Shown: one piece after another, positions 22,016 through 31,625 of the stretch
Position numbering within the stretch: the first letter of the stretch is position 1
Layout: each line of letters begins with the position of its first letter
Source: Naegleria gruberi
Lineage: Eukaryota
NCBI GenBank assembly: GCA_000004985.1
Contig: GG738860.1
Direction: 5' to 3' (one strand)
Length of the DNA: 64,000 nt
Translations under genes and position numbers: made by a program
The notes under the pieces: model-generated
Seen by the model: only the letters and a program-made list of their open reading frames with translations
Database searches by the model: none
What the model was told of the DNA's origin: nothing

Positions 22016-23926
22016 ATGTTTAGACAAGCTTGTTCTTCATTGCTCTCATCATCTTTGCCAACAAAAACAACAAGAGCAAATTATTATTACAATAGGAGAT
22101 TGAATAATTCCTCTCTATTGAAATCCATCATTCAATACAATACCTTCTCTACATGTCTCTCACAAAATAATGCCTCGGAGAAGAAAACCAAATCATCAGC
22201 AGCAGCAACAACAACAGGAGGATTAATTACAACACCAATTTATTATGTAAATGGACCACCACATATTGGACATTTATTTACAACTATCCTCTCCGATTCC
22301 ATCTATTTGTACCATAAACAATTGAAGAATCGTCATGATATGATCTTTTCCACTGGTACTGATGAGCATGGTAGTAAAGTGCAAAGAACAGCCATTAAAA
22401 ATCTTCCCAATCAAAATACTTTGGATGATGAAACTATTAACAAGTCGTGTGTTGAATTTTGTGAGAAAATTTCTGAAACATTCAAGACCATGATGAAGGA
22501 TTTTAATATTCAATATACTCACTATTTAAGAACAAGTGCCACAAGGGAACATAGAGAAACAGTGGAAAGAGTTTGGAAGGAATTGGAAAAACGAGGAGAT
22601 ATTTATTTGGGAGAATATCAGGGATGGTATTGTACTACTGATGAAGCTTTCACAACAGATATTGAACAAGTTAAAATTACCAATGAAAAGGGAGAGGAAG
22701 AATTAGTGACATTGAGTAAAGCTTCAGGAAATAGATGTGAATTCGTGACTGAAAAGAATTATAAATTCAGATTGAGCAAATATATGGATAGAATTCAACA
22801 ATGGTTGGAAGAAAATCCAAATACAGTCAAACCAAAGGAAAGATACAATGAATTGATGGAATTAATTAAGAAGGAGAAGGAAAGAAGTCCAGAATCTCTC
22901 GATTTAAGTATTTCTAGAACAAGAGATCGTGTACAGTGGGGTATTCCAGTTCCAGATGATTCGGAACATACAATTTATGTTTGGCTTGATGCTTTGACAA
23001 ATTATCTTACTGCTGGTTCCACTCTCGCTAATGAATCACTCAATTGGCCACCAACTGTCCAAATTATTGGAAAAGACATTCTCAAATTCCATGGTATTTA
23101 CTGGCCTGCTTTTTTGATGGCTCTTGGAAAGGAACTTCCTGAAACCATTCTTGTTCACTCATATTGGCTTGTCAATGATGTAAAAATGTCCAAGTCTTTA
23201 GGCAATGTTGTATCACCATATGATTTGTTGAATCAAACTGGTGTTGAACATGACTTGTTACGTTACTATTTATTGAGTGAAGCTGTACTCAGTAATGATA
23301 GTAGTTTCAGTATGGTTAGATTCCCTGTTAAGGTGAATGAATTGGCTGATATTTTCGGAAATTTATTGACCAGAGCTTTTAATAAGAAATTCCATGCTGA
23401 AGAGGGAGAAATTCAATACAGAAATCTTCAATTTGATTGCCCTAATGCCGAACAAAATCCAAATCAAACTGCTCAAGAACTTATTGAATTACTCAATGAT
23501 TTACAAGAACAAGTTAGAAATGCCTATGAAGAAAGATGTGAAGTGAGATTTGCCAATCTTGCAGCCACAAAGATTTTAAAGAAGTGTAATCAATTATTTG
23601 ATGAAGTTAAACCATGGATTCTTGTTAAGGATGCAGTGGCTAATGCTCAACAAATTGAGGAGTTAATGTTTCTTGTTGCTGAAACTTTGAGAAACTGTTC
23701 TATTGCCCTTTACCCAGTTTTACCTCACAAGATGAATCAATCATTGAGCTTTTTCAATCAGTCCACACCATTGTTGGAAGATATTGGTTTCTGTAAGAAG
23801 GGTACTTCTATTCGCGTCAAATCCAATCCAGAAATCCTTTTCAAAAAGATAGAGGAAGTAAAACAACAAGAACATTCATCAAGAGGAAGAGGAAAGAACA
23901 AGGAAAAGAATGCTGAAAAGAAATAA
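22016..23926 (+). CDS. methionyl-tRNA synthetase, mitochondrial type
   Basis: Class-I aaRS HIGH motif (PPHIGHLFTT) and KMSKS motif (KMSKSLGNVV) are present, plus the MetRS-type anticodon-binding helical C-terminus. The N-terminal MFRQACSSLLSSSLPTKTTRANYYYNRRL looks like a mitochondrial presequence. Confidence 0.85.
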   Translation: MFRQACSSLLSSSLPTKTTRANYYYNRRLNNSSLLKSIIQYNTFSTCLSQNNASEKKTKSSAAATTTGGLITTPIYYVNGPPHIGHLFTTILSDSIYLYHKQLKNRHDMIFSTGTDEHGSKVQRTAIKNLPNQNTLDDETINKSCVEFCEKISETFKTMMKDFNIQYTHYLRTSATREHRETVERVWKELEKRGDIYLGEYQGWYCTTDEAFTTDIEQVKITNEKGEEELVTLSKASGNRCEFVTEKNYKFRLSKYMDRIQQWLEENPNTVKPKERYNELMELIKKEKERSPESLDLSISRTRDRVQWGIPVPDDSEHTIYVWLDALTNYLTAGSTLANESLNWPPTVQIIGKDILKFHGIYWPAFLMALGKELPETILVHSYWLVNDVKMSKSLGNVVSPYDLLNQTGVEHDLLRYYLLSEAVLSNDSSFSMVRFPVKVNELADIFGNLLTRAFNKKFHAEEGEIQYRNLQFDCPNAEQNPNQTAQELIELLNDLQEQVRNAYEERCEVRFANLAATKILKKCNQLFDEVKPWILVKDAVANAQQIEELMFLVAETLRNCSIALYPVLPHKMNQSLSFFNQSTPLLEDIGFCKKGTSIRVKSNPEILFKKIEEVKQQEHSSRGRGKNKEKNAEKK

Positions 23927-23945
23927 TATATCAGATTCAGTAAAT

Positions 23946-26900
23946 TTATTGGTTGTTTGAAAGAACAAAGTAGCTGTTTCTGCACTTGACAGCAGCCTTT
24001 CTGACCTTTCTCTTCTTATCGTCCAAGCATGCTTCTAAACCTTTAATAATGTCCTTCTTTAAAGGATAAATTTCATAATACTTGTATCCGTTAGTGAGCT
24101 CCAATAATGCCTCAACTGAGAGTATTCTTACTGCTTGGGATTTTTTGAATTTACAGGTATCAAGAAGGATTGGAACAATTGATGACAAGTGGACAGACAT
24201 TTCTTCCTTGGCATCTGATAATAAAGTTAAAGTAGTCTTGATTGCTGCATACAATAAATCTTCCGAATTATTGTCTTGCTCTATCAGAATTTGCCTCATT
24301 TCCAAAAACTTTAAAACAATAGGGAAAATATTCTTAACCTCACTGAGAATAACCTTTGTTGGCACATTATGAATTAAATTAGATAATGCTAAAAGAATGG
24401 AGCCAATGATATGTGGTTGGGTTACTGTGTTAATAGAGTCCATCAACTTTCTCACATTGGTGGCAAAGAAACGTTGTTTGTACAAGACTTGAATAATGGC
24501 ATGATTTTCCTTGTGGATGGATGTTTCATCCTCTCCAATAGCAATCAGAAAACCTTCAGCAACCTTCTTATTAACCTTTGAACTATTATATTCAAAGACG
24601 AGAGAACCACACAACAATGAAGAGTACCTGTCTGCGTGAGGAACATAGGCTCCTCTCATGACCAATCCTTTCAAAATCCACGATACCATCTCAATGTATC
24701 TTTCAGCACTCTCACTATCTCCATTATATACGGTAAGCATTTGTGAAAAAGCATCAAACACTGTGGCATTACAAATTGTAATCAATTGTTGGAATTCAGT
24801 AGAATCCAAAGGCAACTTGTTTAATACTGAACCAACAAGTTGGGCAATACATTTGGTGACCTGGCTAGGTTGTTCTCCCTTCAATGCCATTTGTAATAAA
24901 GAATCCGTCATTGTTATCAAATTACCCATTCCAACAGTTGGTCTGCATGCTATTACAATAGCAGATAAAACTGAAATAAAGTTTTTAAGTCCAGTGCTAG
25001 GAACTGAATTGGCATATTGTAAAACACTATCCAGTACAACTTGTTGTAATTCATTTTCCAAAGATCTACCCAATAAAAGTGTCAAGAAGGAGAAATTTCC
25101 TTGATTGTGATGAACATGTGCACATTCTGAATCACTGCAATCCATTGTATCAGAATCGTCAACCATTTGTGAGGATGAATCAGTAACTGACATTTTAACA
25201 ATTCTTTGAATATAAGAAACCTTATCATGGGCTGGTATCAGTGATACGTCCAACGAGGTAATAGTCTCAAAAACTTTCACTCTCTCGTGCTCATAATGAG
25301 ATTCAGAAATTGGAATGCTTTCAATTCTCTCGAATAGTCTATGTGTAATGGAAGGTGTCATGGATGGACATACCTTTCCAACTGCTGAAATATTAGAAAG
25401 AATACGATTAATATGTTCAGACTTATTTTCACAACCATACAATGCACCGAAAAGTGGTACCAAAATATCTTCGCTAACAATATCTGGAGCATATTTGTAA
25501 ATCCAAGCAATATCCTTAATGACTCTTTCCTTATACTCTTCCAGTGAAGTGGCATGCAGTAAACTGAAAGATTTGTTTTCTTCACCGTACGATTTGAGGA
25601 GTATCCTTGAAACATAGATATCCCTCAACAATGTAGATGGTATTCTGAAAATGGCAATTCTTGAAATAGTTTCGACCATGACTAGGATCATTTCCTTGTC
25701 ATTCTTTGAAAATTCCTCTTCATAAATGGATAAAAATACTGTCTGTACTTGGCTAATAAGATTGAATACAACTTCTGGAAGTTGATTCTCACCTTTTTGT
25801 TCTGCAACAGCTTGCAAGAGTTGTGTTATCATGAGTAAACTTCCATATAACTTATCCTTGGTATCAGATTCACTCAGAGTAGCAACCAATTCAGGCATTA
25901 CTCTATTAAATACCATCATGGAAATTTCAAATGTTGGAACAGCGCAAGCATAAATCATTCTGGCATATTGAGCTGCAAACTTTGGTTCTTTTGACTTGAG
26001 TTCCAATAGGGCAGTACGTAAAATAGCTTCAATATTTGGAATGTCAAATGGTTTGTTACTTGGATCGTTTGGAATGATAACTATTCTTGCAATCTTGGTG
26101 ATGGATTCATAGCACTTCTTCATGACATCCATAGAGTTGGTTTTGACTGATTCAGCCTTGATGTATGACCAAATTTCTGTCAAATATTCTCTACTATTTA
26201 CTTCTCCAAATTTCTCAATGCAATAACACAAATAGTCCAATGTCTCTAACTTGGTATCGACGAGATCACTAGAAAGCTTTTCCAAAAGGAATGGAAATAG
26301 TGTAGGTGCAAAGAATTTGTTGCACCCAAAACAAAGTTTCAAACTCCTAGATAAATCCTCTCTGGTTATTCCTCTTGTATCATTTGCTGGTGGTGTATAG
26401 GTAATTGGGAAATAACAACTAGTAATGTCAAACAAGTCATCAGATACTGCTGATAATATTTTAGAGCTCAGTTCAGAGTCATCAAATATAGCAATAACTT
26501 TAGGAATCAAATTGAAACAGTATAATAAATTGCCAGGATCTCTTTCACCTTCCAATGATTGAATAAAACCATTCAAAAAGTCAATTGTTCGAACAATGGA
26601 AGGAAATCTGTCTGCCAATAGAGAAAACCATTCAAAGCACAAACTTCTAGTTTTTGTTGCATGAGCCACACCTGAAGTACTTCCAATTGATTGAATATTG
26701 ACATTTTCAAAGAATTGAAGAACTACATTAATAGCTTGCTCACTTGAAATGTATGAACTCCACTTTTTAAATAAAGAAAACAAGCATGGTAATAATGTAG
26801 CTAGACAATCAAAATCATAAAATCTATCACCAATAAATCTCAAAAGACTTGCTACCAGCTTGAGTTGTGTTGTTTGTTTTGTTTCATCAGTTTCACTTCC

Positions 26901-27158
26901 TACATTATTTGGTATATTTTCTAATATCAAATCCAAGACAGCATAAGCTGCTCCTCTAATTCGATCATCAGTAGCATGATTCAAGTATTCTCCCAATAAT
27001 TTAATTCCTTCATTGATCGTTAATGTTCCATTCACTACAAATTCTATTAATTTACTTTTAAGAGACTCCTTGTTGGTGTTCGGAAGAGTTGGATTGCACA
27101 AACTATCAATCAGTGAAATCAATTCTTGTTCTCCATTGCTGTTGGATGATGTTTGCAT
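23946..27158 (-). CDS. MMS19: MMS19 (cytosolic Fe-S assembly targeting complex / NER protein) homolog, HEAT/ARM repeats
   Basis: A 1070-aa uninterrupted ORF. ...ERDPGNLLYCFNLIPKV...ITSCYFPITYTPPANDTRGITREDLSRSLK...LFPFLLEKLSSDLVDTKLETLDYL closely parallels human MMS19 (GEKDPRNLLVAFRIV...VTSCYFPIDFTPPPNDPHGIQREDLILSLR...LLPLLIEKVDSEVLSAKLDSLQTL). Confidence 0.75.
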   Translation of the reverse strand: MQTSSNSNGEQELISLIDSLCNPTLPNTNKESLKSKLIEFVVNGTLTINEGIKLLGEYLNHATDDRIRGAAYAVLDLILENIPNNVGSETDETKQTTQLKLVASLLRFIGDRFYDFDCLATLLPCLFSLFKKWSSYISSEQAINVVLQFFENVNIQSIGSTSGVAHATKTRSLCFEWFSLLADRFPSIVRTIDFLNGFIQSLEGERDPGNLLYCFNLIPKVIAIFDDSELSSKILSAVSDDLFDITSCYFPITYTPPANDTRGITREDLSRSLKLCFGCNKFFAPTLFPFLLEKLSSDLVDTKLETLDYLCYCIEKFGEVNSREYLTEIWSYIKAESVKTNSMDVMKKCYESITKIARIVIIPNDPSNKPFDIPNIEAILRTALLELKSKEPKFAAQYARMIYACAVPTFEISMMVFNRVMPELVATLSESDTKDKLYGSLLMITQLLQAVAEQKGENQLPEVVFNLISQVQTVFLSIYEEEFSKNDKEMILVMVETISRIAIFRIPSTLLRDIYVSRILLKSYGEENKSFSLLHATSLEEYKERVIKDIAWIYKYAPDIVSEDILVPLFGALYGCENKSEHINRILSNISAVGKVCPSMTPSITHRLFERIESIPISESHYEHERVKVFETITSLDVSLIPAHDKVSYIQRIVKMSVTDSSSQMVDDSDTMDCSDSECAHVHHNQGNFSFLTLLLGRSLENELQQVVLDSVLQYANSVPSTGLKNFISVLSAIVIACRPTVGMGNLITMTDSLLQMALKGEQPSQVTKCIAQLVGSVLNKLPLDSTEFQQLITICNATVFDAFSQMLTVYNGDSESAERYIEMVSWILKGLVMRGAYVPHADRYSSLLCGSLVFEYNSSKVNKKVAEGFLIAIGEDETSIHKENHAIIQVLYKQRFFATNVRKLMDSINTVTQPHIIGSILLALSNLIHNVPTKVILSEVKNIFPIVLKFLEMRQILIEQDNNSEDLLYAAIKTTLTLLSDAKEEMSVHLSSIVPILLDTCKFKKSQAVRILSVEALLELTNGYKYYEIYPLKKDIIKGLEACLDDKKRKVRKAAVKCRNSYFVLSNNQ

Positions 27159-27286
27159 TTTTTTGATTTTGCAAACAATGGAAGTCCGTGTTATTCTTTC
27201 ATGATTGTGCTGTACACAAGGATTTGAACAACATTTAAAGGTTGAATATTTAGGAAGCTATTGAAATATAATGTATTGAATTTTAA

Positions 27287-28600
27287 TTAAAAGGTTTTTG
27301 GAGTTAATTCTTCATCATCTTCCTCAGCACTTGCTTTCTTCTTCTTTTTCTTGGAGGCTTTCTTCTTTTTGGTGCTTGTAGATGCTGGGGGTTGAATAGC
27401 AAGAGAAGACCATTCATCACCTTGCACTTCTACAGTTTCGTGAAGTTGCTCTTGAGGTGATGTTGGAGAATCTGTAGGTGCTACAACAGGTGTTGTTATG
27501 TCTGTAGTGATGATGGCTTCACTTTCAGTGGTTATTGATTGTTCTTCTGTTGTTGTTGGAAGGGTTGGAACACTATCTGTTGGATCCATACTTGGTGCTT
27601 CTTGTTGCTCTGGAATTGTTGTGGATGTTAATAATTCATTTGTTGTGCATTGAATAGTTGGAGATGATTCCTCTGTTTTAGCTTCTTCTTGTGGAGTGAC
27701 AGGTTGTTGTGTTTCTTCTTCTTCTTGAATTGCTACTGGTTGTTCTGCTTCTACTTGTTGTTTTGGTTCATCCAGGATGAGTGGAGTAGAATTGGCCACT
27801 GTCAGAATGGTATTGTTCTTACCACTGACACTTCCATTATTACTTGATTGTCCACTCTTATTAGAGACATTGGCAACACTAGCAGTGGTACTCTTATTTG
27901 AAGCAGTGGCAACTTGTGCTTCGGAAGTTGTTGATTTTGATGAAGAAATGGCAGCTACTGTTGAATCTGTTACATTTGAAGGAGGATTTGATGTTGGTTG
28001 TACTGGGGAGGAAACAGCTGGAGTTGTTGCAGTGTGGAGTGATGAAATTGGTTGTTGAGGTTGTGTGGTAATGTTTGAAGGACGTGGTTGTTTTCTTGCT
28101 CCTTGTTGTTGAGTGTTTAGTTGTTGTACAAGTGGCACACTCACAAAATGGTTTTTCAATATCCGAATACTGTCTGAGAATATCCAAGGTGTGTTTGTGT
28201 TTATAGATTTACAGGCTAAGATCGCATAGTCGGCATCATAGATCTTTTCATTTACTTTCTTTGTTTTTAACATGTTCTGTTATTGTACAATAATATTTCC
28301 AATATTTTAATATAATATATAATTATTATTATAAAATAGATTATTGTTCAATAAAAGATTAATCCACAACAAACTTCCTACCTTTTGTTCAACCATCATT
28401 GGTACCTTTGTTCTTACGTGCTCCACAATTCTATACATTCCTACACTCGGTTCATTCATGATGTGATGAATATTCGAACTCCAAATATCACATAAATTTA
28501 AAACTGATTGTTTGGTATCAAGATCAAGAAAACGATCCGTAGAATCAGCAAGGGTTGGCACTGATCCCTTGTAGATTTCTCCTCTTGGTTGTCCTCTCAT
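27287..28600 (-). CDS. hypothetical protein: small N-terminal globular part + long Thr/Ser/Pro/Gln-rich low-complexity tail ending in a poly-Lys/acidic stretch; 2 exons (28600-28382, 28278-27287)
   Basis: MRGQPRGEIYKGSVPTLADSTDRFLDLDTKQSVLNLCDIWSSNIHHIMNEPSVGMYRIVEHVRTKVPMMVEQK|GTAGGA. A 103-nt intron follows, then ag|NMLKTKKVNEKIYDADYAILACKS...KKKKASKKKKKKASAEEDDEELTPKTF*. Confidence 0.45.
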
Positions 28601-28699
28601 TTTTTAATATGAAAGATTTTTTGAGTTTTCTTTTAAGGGTTGAAACAATAATGTGTAGTAATAATGTGTATTCATTAACTACATTTTGAATTCAGTTTA

Positions 28700-31399
28700 T
28701 TACAAGATAACACAACCACCTCCTCCACCTCCACTGCTACTGGGTCTTGGGATGTTATTAATTTGAGTTCGGAGGTCTTGATTTTGTCTGGTTAGTTCAT
28801 CGAATTTTCTTTGAAATAATTCCTCCTGATTAGAATATTTGGAATGTATTTGAGCAACTTGGGAAGAGTATTCTTTCTTAATTTCTGTTTCTTTTTTGTC
28901 CCATTCCAATTTGAAATGGTTGAGGTCTTGTTCATGAGCTTGTTGCTGCTCTATTAAGGTATGTAAATGTTTTTCATTTTGCAGTTTCATATCTTCTAGT
29001 TCTTGTAAACGAGTAAGTTGTTCTGATTCGAGTTTGGTAATTTCAAGCCTTTGTTGTTCTTGTTCTAACATTTGTATTACCTTTTCGGATTCGTAATCCT
29101 GTAATTTGGATAAATAGTTAGCACATTCGACAGTTAAATTCTCAATATCTTGCAAAAGGTAAGTTCTAACTTGCTCTCTACCTGGACCTTTGCATTGAGC
29201 TTCGAATTGTTTCATTTGTCTTTCAGCCTCTTTCTCTAAATCTTGAACTGTGGCATCGTGGGTTAAAGCTCTAATAAAGAGTGATATATTTTGTTTCATT
29301 TCGGATCGTACTTGCTCGCACAACCTAACAGATTTGTCCATATTGTTACTTTCTATTTGGGATCTCTCTTTTTTAATTAATTCAAACAACTTGTCAGAAT
29401 ATTCTCTCAATATCTTTTCATCTTTTTCAAACATGGAGTCTCTGTTGAATATGTCAAGAATTGTTGCCCATGTTTTTGTGTGTTGTTTACGGATTTCACA
29501 AATTTCATAAATACTGTTACTGTTCAAATGTTTCTTCATTTCCCTTTCGTATAAATTTACACATTTTTCAATTGTCTTATTGTAGGTATTTTCAATTACC
29601 ATTGTAAATTTGTCCTCAATATTAGGAATCATTCCATGTGTTTTAATGGTTTTCAAATATAATAATATTAAAGTAACATAGCGAGTTCCATCTAATAAAC
29701 CTCCATTCATATTTTGTTTTGGTTTAATATTGGATGGAACGAAACTGTTAACAAAAGTAGACATTTCCTTAATGAAGTTAGCATTCAGTAAATGTTCTAC
29801 GTATGGAATATCAGGAACACAACCTGTAGCAGGTGCTTCCATATGATATGTATCAAAAGTTTCAAAAGATTCAATTACTTTTTTTCTTGAATCATTGTTG
29901 CAAACCTTATTCAAAATAAAGGAGGTAAGAGTCTTAAATTCAGCTGGTATATTCAATTTGAAATCTCTGAACAACCAAATACATCTTGGTTTCATATAAC
30001 TATTGCACTCCGTATTGTTTTGATTGGATGATTTCAATTGAATGTTTTGAGTGAATCTGGTGGTAATTTCAAGTGTCTCCATACTACTTGCTGTAGGACA
30101 AGTTGTGGTATTATAAATAAACAGAGATGATAGTAATACACTTAGAATCATAATGTGATTATCATCAGAAGCGTTAGCAGATGCTGCATCAACACCTTCA
30201 GTGTCTATCAATAAAACTTTCAATTTCTGATTGCCGTAGACCATTTCAATTGGCTCTGACCATATCCAAATTCCAAATGTTTTAGCTTCTACTGTGTGTC
30301 CTAAATGAAAGCTATCTGCAGGAACATTATCACCAACTAATCTACTAAGAGAGTATGATTTACCTTCCCTTGTTCTTCCAGCAAGTACAATTGCTCCAAT
30401 AGGCTCCTTGATATTTTTGATTATGTCAAGAGCTTGTTTCTGGAAGATTAAACCCTCTCTACGTCCGTTCTCTGATAACAGAATGTATTGACCATTGGGA
30501 GTGACCACCATATTTTTAGGAAGTAAGAGAGGAATTGCTTTACCGTGGAGTTTAACAACTTGAAAAGCAGGGTTTTGGGATGAGTTGTCTCCAGCAAATA
30601 CTAAAAGACCCCAATCGCCAAAATAATCCACGTTAACAACAATATTGTTTTCCATACAGAGGTAAATACTTTGATTTGTTGTAATATTTTCTCCAACATG
30701 ACATTGTCCATAAATGGTAAAGGTAGCATAATTTTTTTGATAATAGCCATTCTCAACTTCAAATCTATTAACATTTGGTGAAAGTACTAACTTTCTATGG
30801 ACTCTTGAAGAATAGATAAATACTGTATCTCCAGATTTAACAATACCATCTTTTGATTGATCATTAGCATTTACAAAATACAGTAGATCGTTTTCAGCAG
30901 AAAAGTGAGGGAGAGCTACTAATACATTTTGCTCCTTCAATCCCACATATAGATTGGTATTTGAGTTCATGATGGCTACTGGCTCTTTGTAAAATAAATT
31001 AGTATCTTTACACTTTTCAACAAATGGATCAAATATGCTATCTGAAACTAAATCAGGGTCTGCTTCCATTTCTTTAAGAATATCCTTTGAAGAGTTTGGT
31101 ACTTTGGAATCATTATCTATGGGTTGATCAAAGTCCATGTCAAGATAACTGAATGATTCGGCCAAATCTTCGAGACTATCATTAATAGCTTTTCTTTCTG
31201 AAGTATGAATGAAAGTGTAATATTCAATGGCGTCTTCAAGATGACCCATGCTATTTTGGATGGCTTCAAACACTAAATTCAAATCCGACAAATCCATTTC
31301 TATCATTCTCCAGAATGTTGAGGTGGCTAAATCGCAAGCTTCTTTTCCATACTCCTCAAAGTGTTTCTCGATTTTATCCAATACTGTGTGGTGATCCAT
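28700..31399 (-). CDS. guanylate-binding-protein (GBP)-like large GTPase, paralog 1: ~330-aa N-terminal extension + GBP GTPase domain + coiled coil + Gly run + CaaX (CVIL)
   Basis: AIVLAGRTREGKSYSLSRL (P-loop), EAKTFGIWIW (GBP TKGIW signature), LLIDTEGVD (G3), then ...HIMILSVLLSSLFIYNT. The C-terminus is ...RPSSSGGGGGGCVIL*, which is prenylatable. Confidence 0.8.
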   Translation of the reverse strand: MDHHTVLDKIEKHFEEYGKEACDLATSTFWRMIEMDLSDLNLVFEAIQNSMGHLEDAIEYYTFIHTSERKAINDSLEDLAESFSYLDMDFDQPIDNDSKVPNSSKDILKEMEADPDLVSDSIFDPFVEKCKDTNLFYKEPVAIMNSNTNLYVGLKEQNVLVALPHFSAENDLLYFVNANDQSKDGIVKSGDTVFIYSSRVHRKLVLSPNVNRFEVENGYYQKNYATFTIYGQCHVGENITTNQSIYLCMENNIVVNVDYFGDWGLLVFAGDNSSQNPAFQVVKLHGKAIPLLLPKNMVVTPNGQYILLSENGRREGLIFQKQALDIIKNIKEPIGAIVLAGRTREGKSYSLSRLVGDNVPADSFHLGHTVEAKTFGIWIWSEPIEMVYGNQKLKVLLIDTEGVDAASANASDDNHIMILSVLLSSLFIYNTTTCPTASSMETLEITTRFTQNIQLKSSNQNNTECNSYMKPRCIWLFRDFKLNIPAEFKTLTSFILNKVCNNDSRKKVIESFETFDTYHMEAPATGCVPDIPYVEHLLNANFIKEMSTFVNSFVPSNIKPKQNMNGGLLDGTRYVTLILLYLKTIKTHGMIPNIEDKFTMVIENTYNKTIEKCVNLYEREMKKHLNSNSIYEICEIRKQHTKTWATILDIFNRDSMFEKDEKILREYSDKLFELIKKERSQIESNNMDKSVRLCEQVRSEMKQNISLFIRALTHDATVQDLEKEAERQMKQFEAQCKGPGREQVRTYLLQDIENLTVECANYLSKLQDYESEKVIQMLEQEQQRLEITKLESEQLTRLQELEDMKLQNEKHLHTLIEQQQAHEQDLNHFKLEWDKKETEIKKEYSSQVAQIHSKYSNQEELFQRKFDELTRQNQDLRTQINNIPRPSSSGGGGGGCVIL

Positions 31400-31482
31400 C
31401 TAAATAGTTTTTTGTTGTTGGGTTGAAAAATTCTAAATTGTTTTCTCTTTTAAATTGCAAGCACCATCCGTTTTAATCAACA

Positions 31483-31559
31483 AAACGTGATTGTAGACTC
31501 AAATAAGTAACACTCATCACGTTTTACTAAACGAACAATACAACAGGGCGATCACGTTT
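31483..31559. promoter_or_regulatory. recurrent AAACGTGAT / ATCACGTTT motif cluster in the 5' region of GBP paralog 1
   Basis: AAACGTGAT sits at 31483-31491. Its reverse complement ATCACGTTT sits at 31516-31524 and again at 31551-31559 (GCGATCACGTTTC). The same 9-mer pair recurs as a palindrome upstream of the other two GBP genes. Confidence 0.35.
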
Positions 31560-31625
31560 CAGCATTTTTTAATATTTTTATTATTTTCAATTTTAAATTA
31601 AATGTGTTTAAATAATTATATTTAT

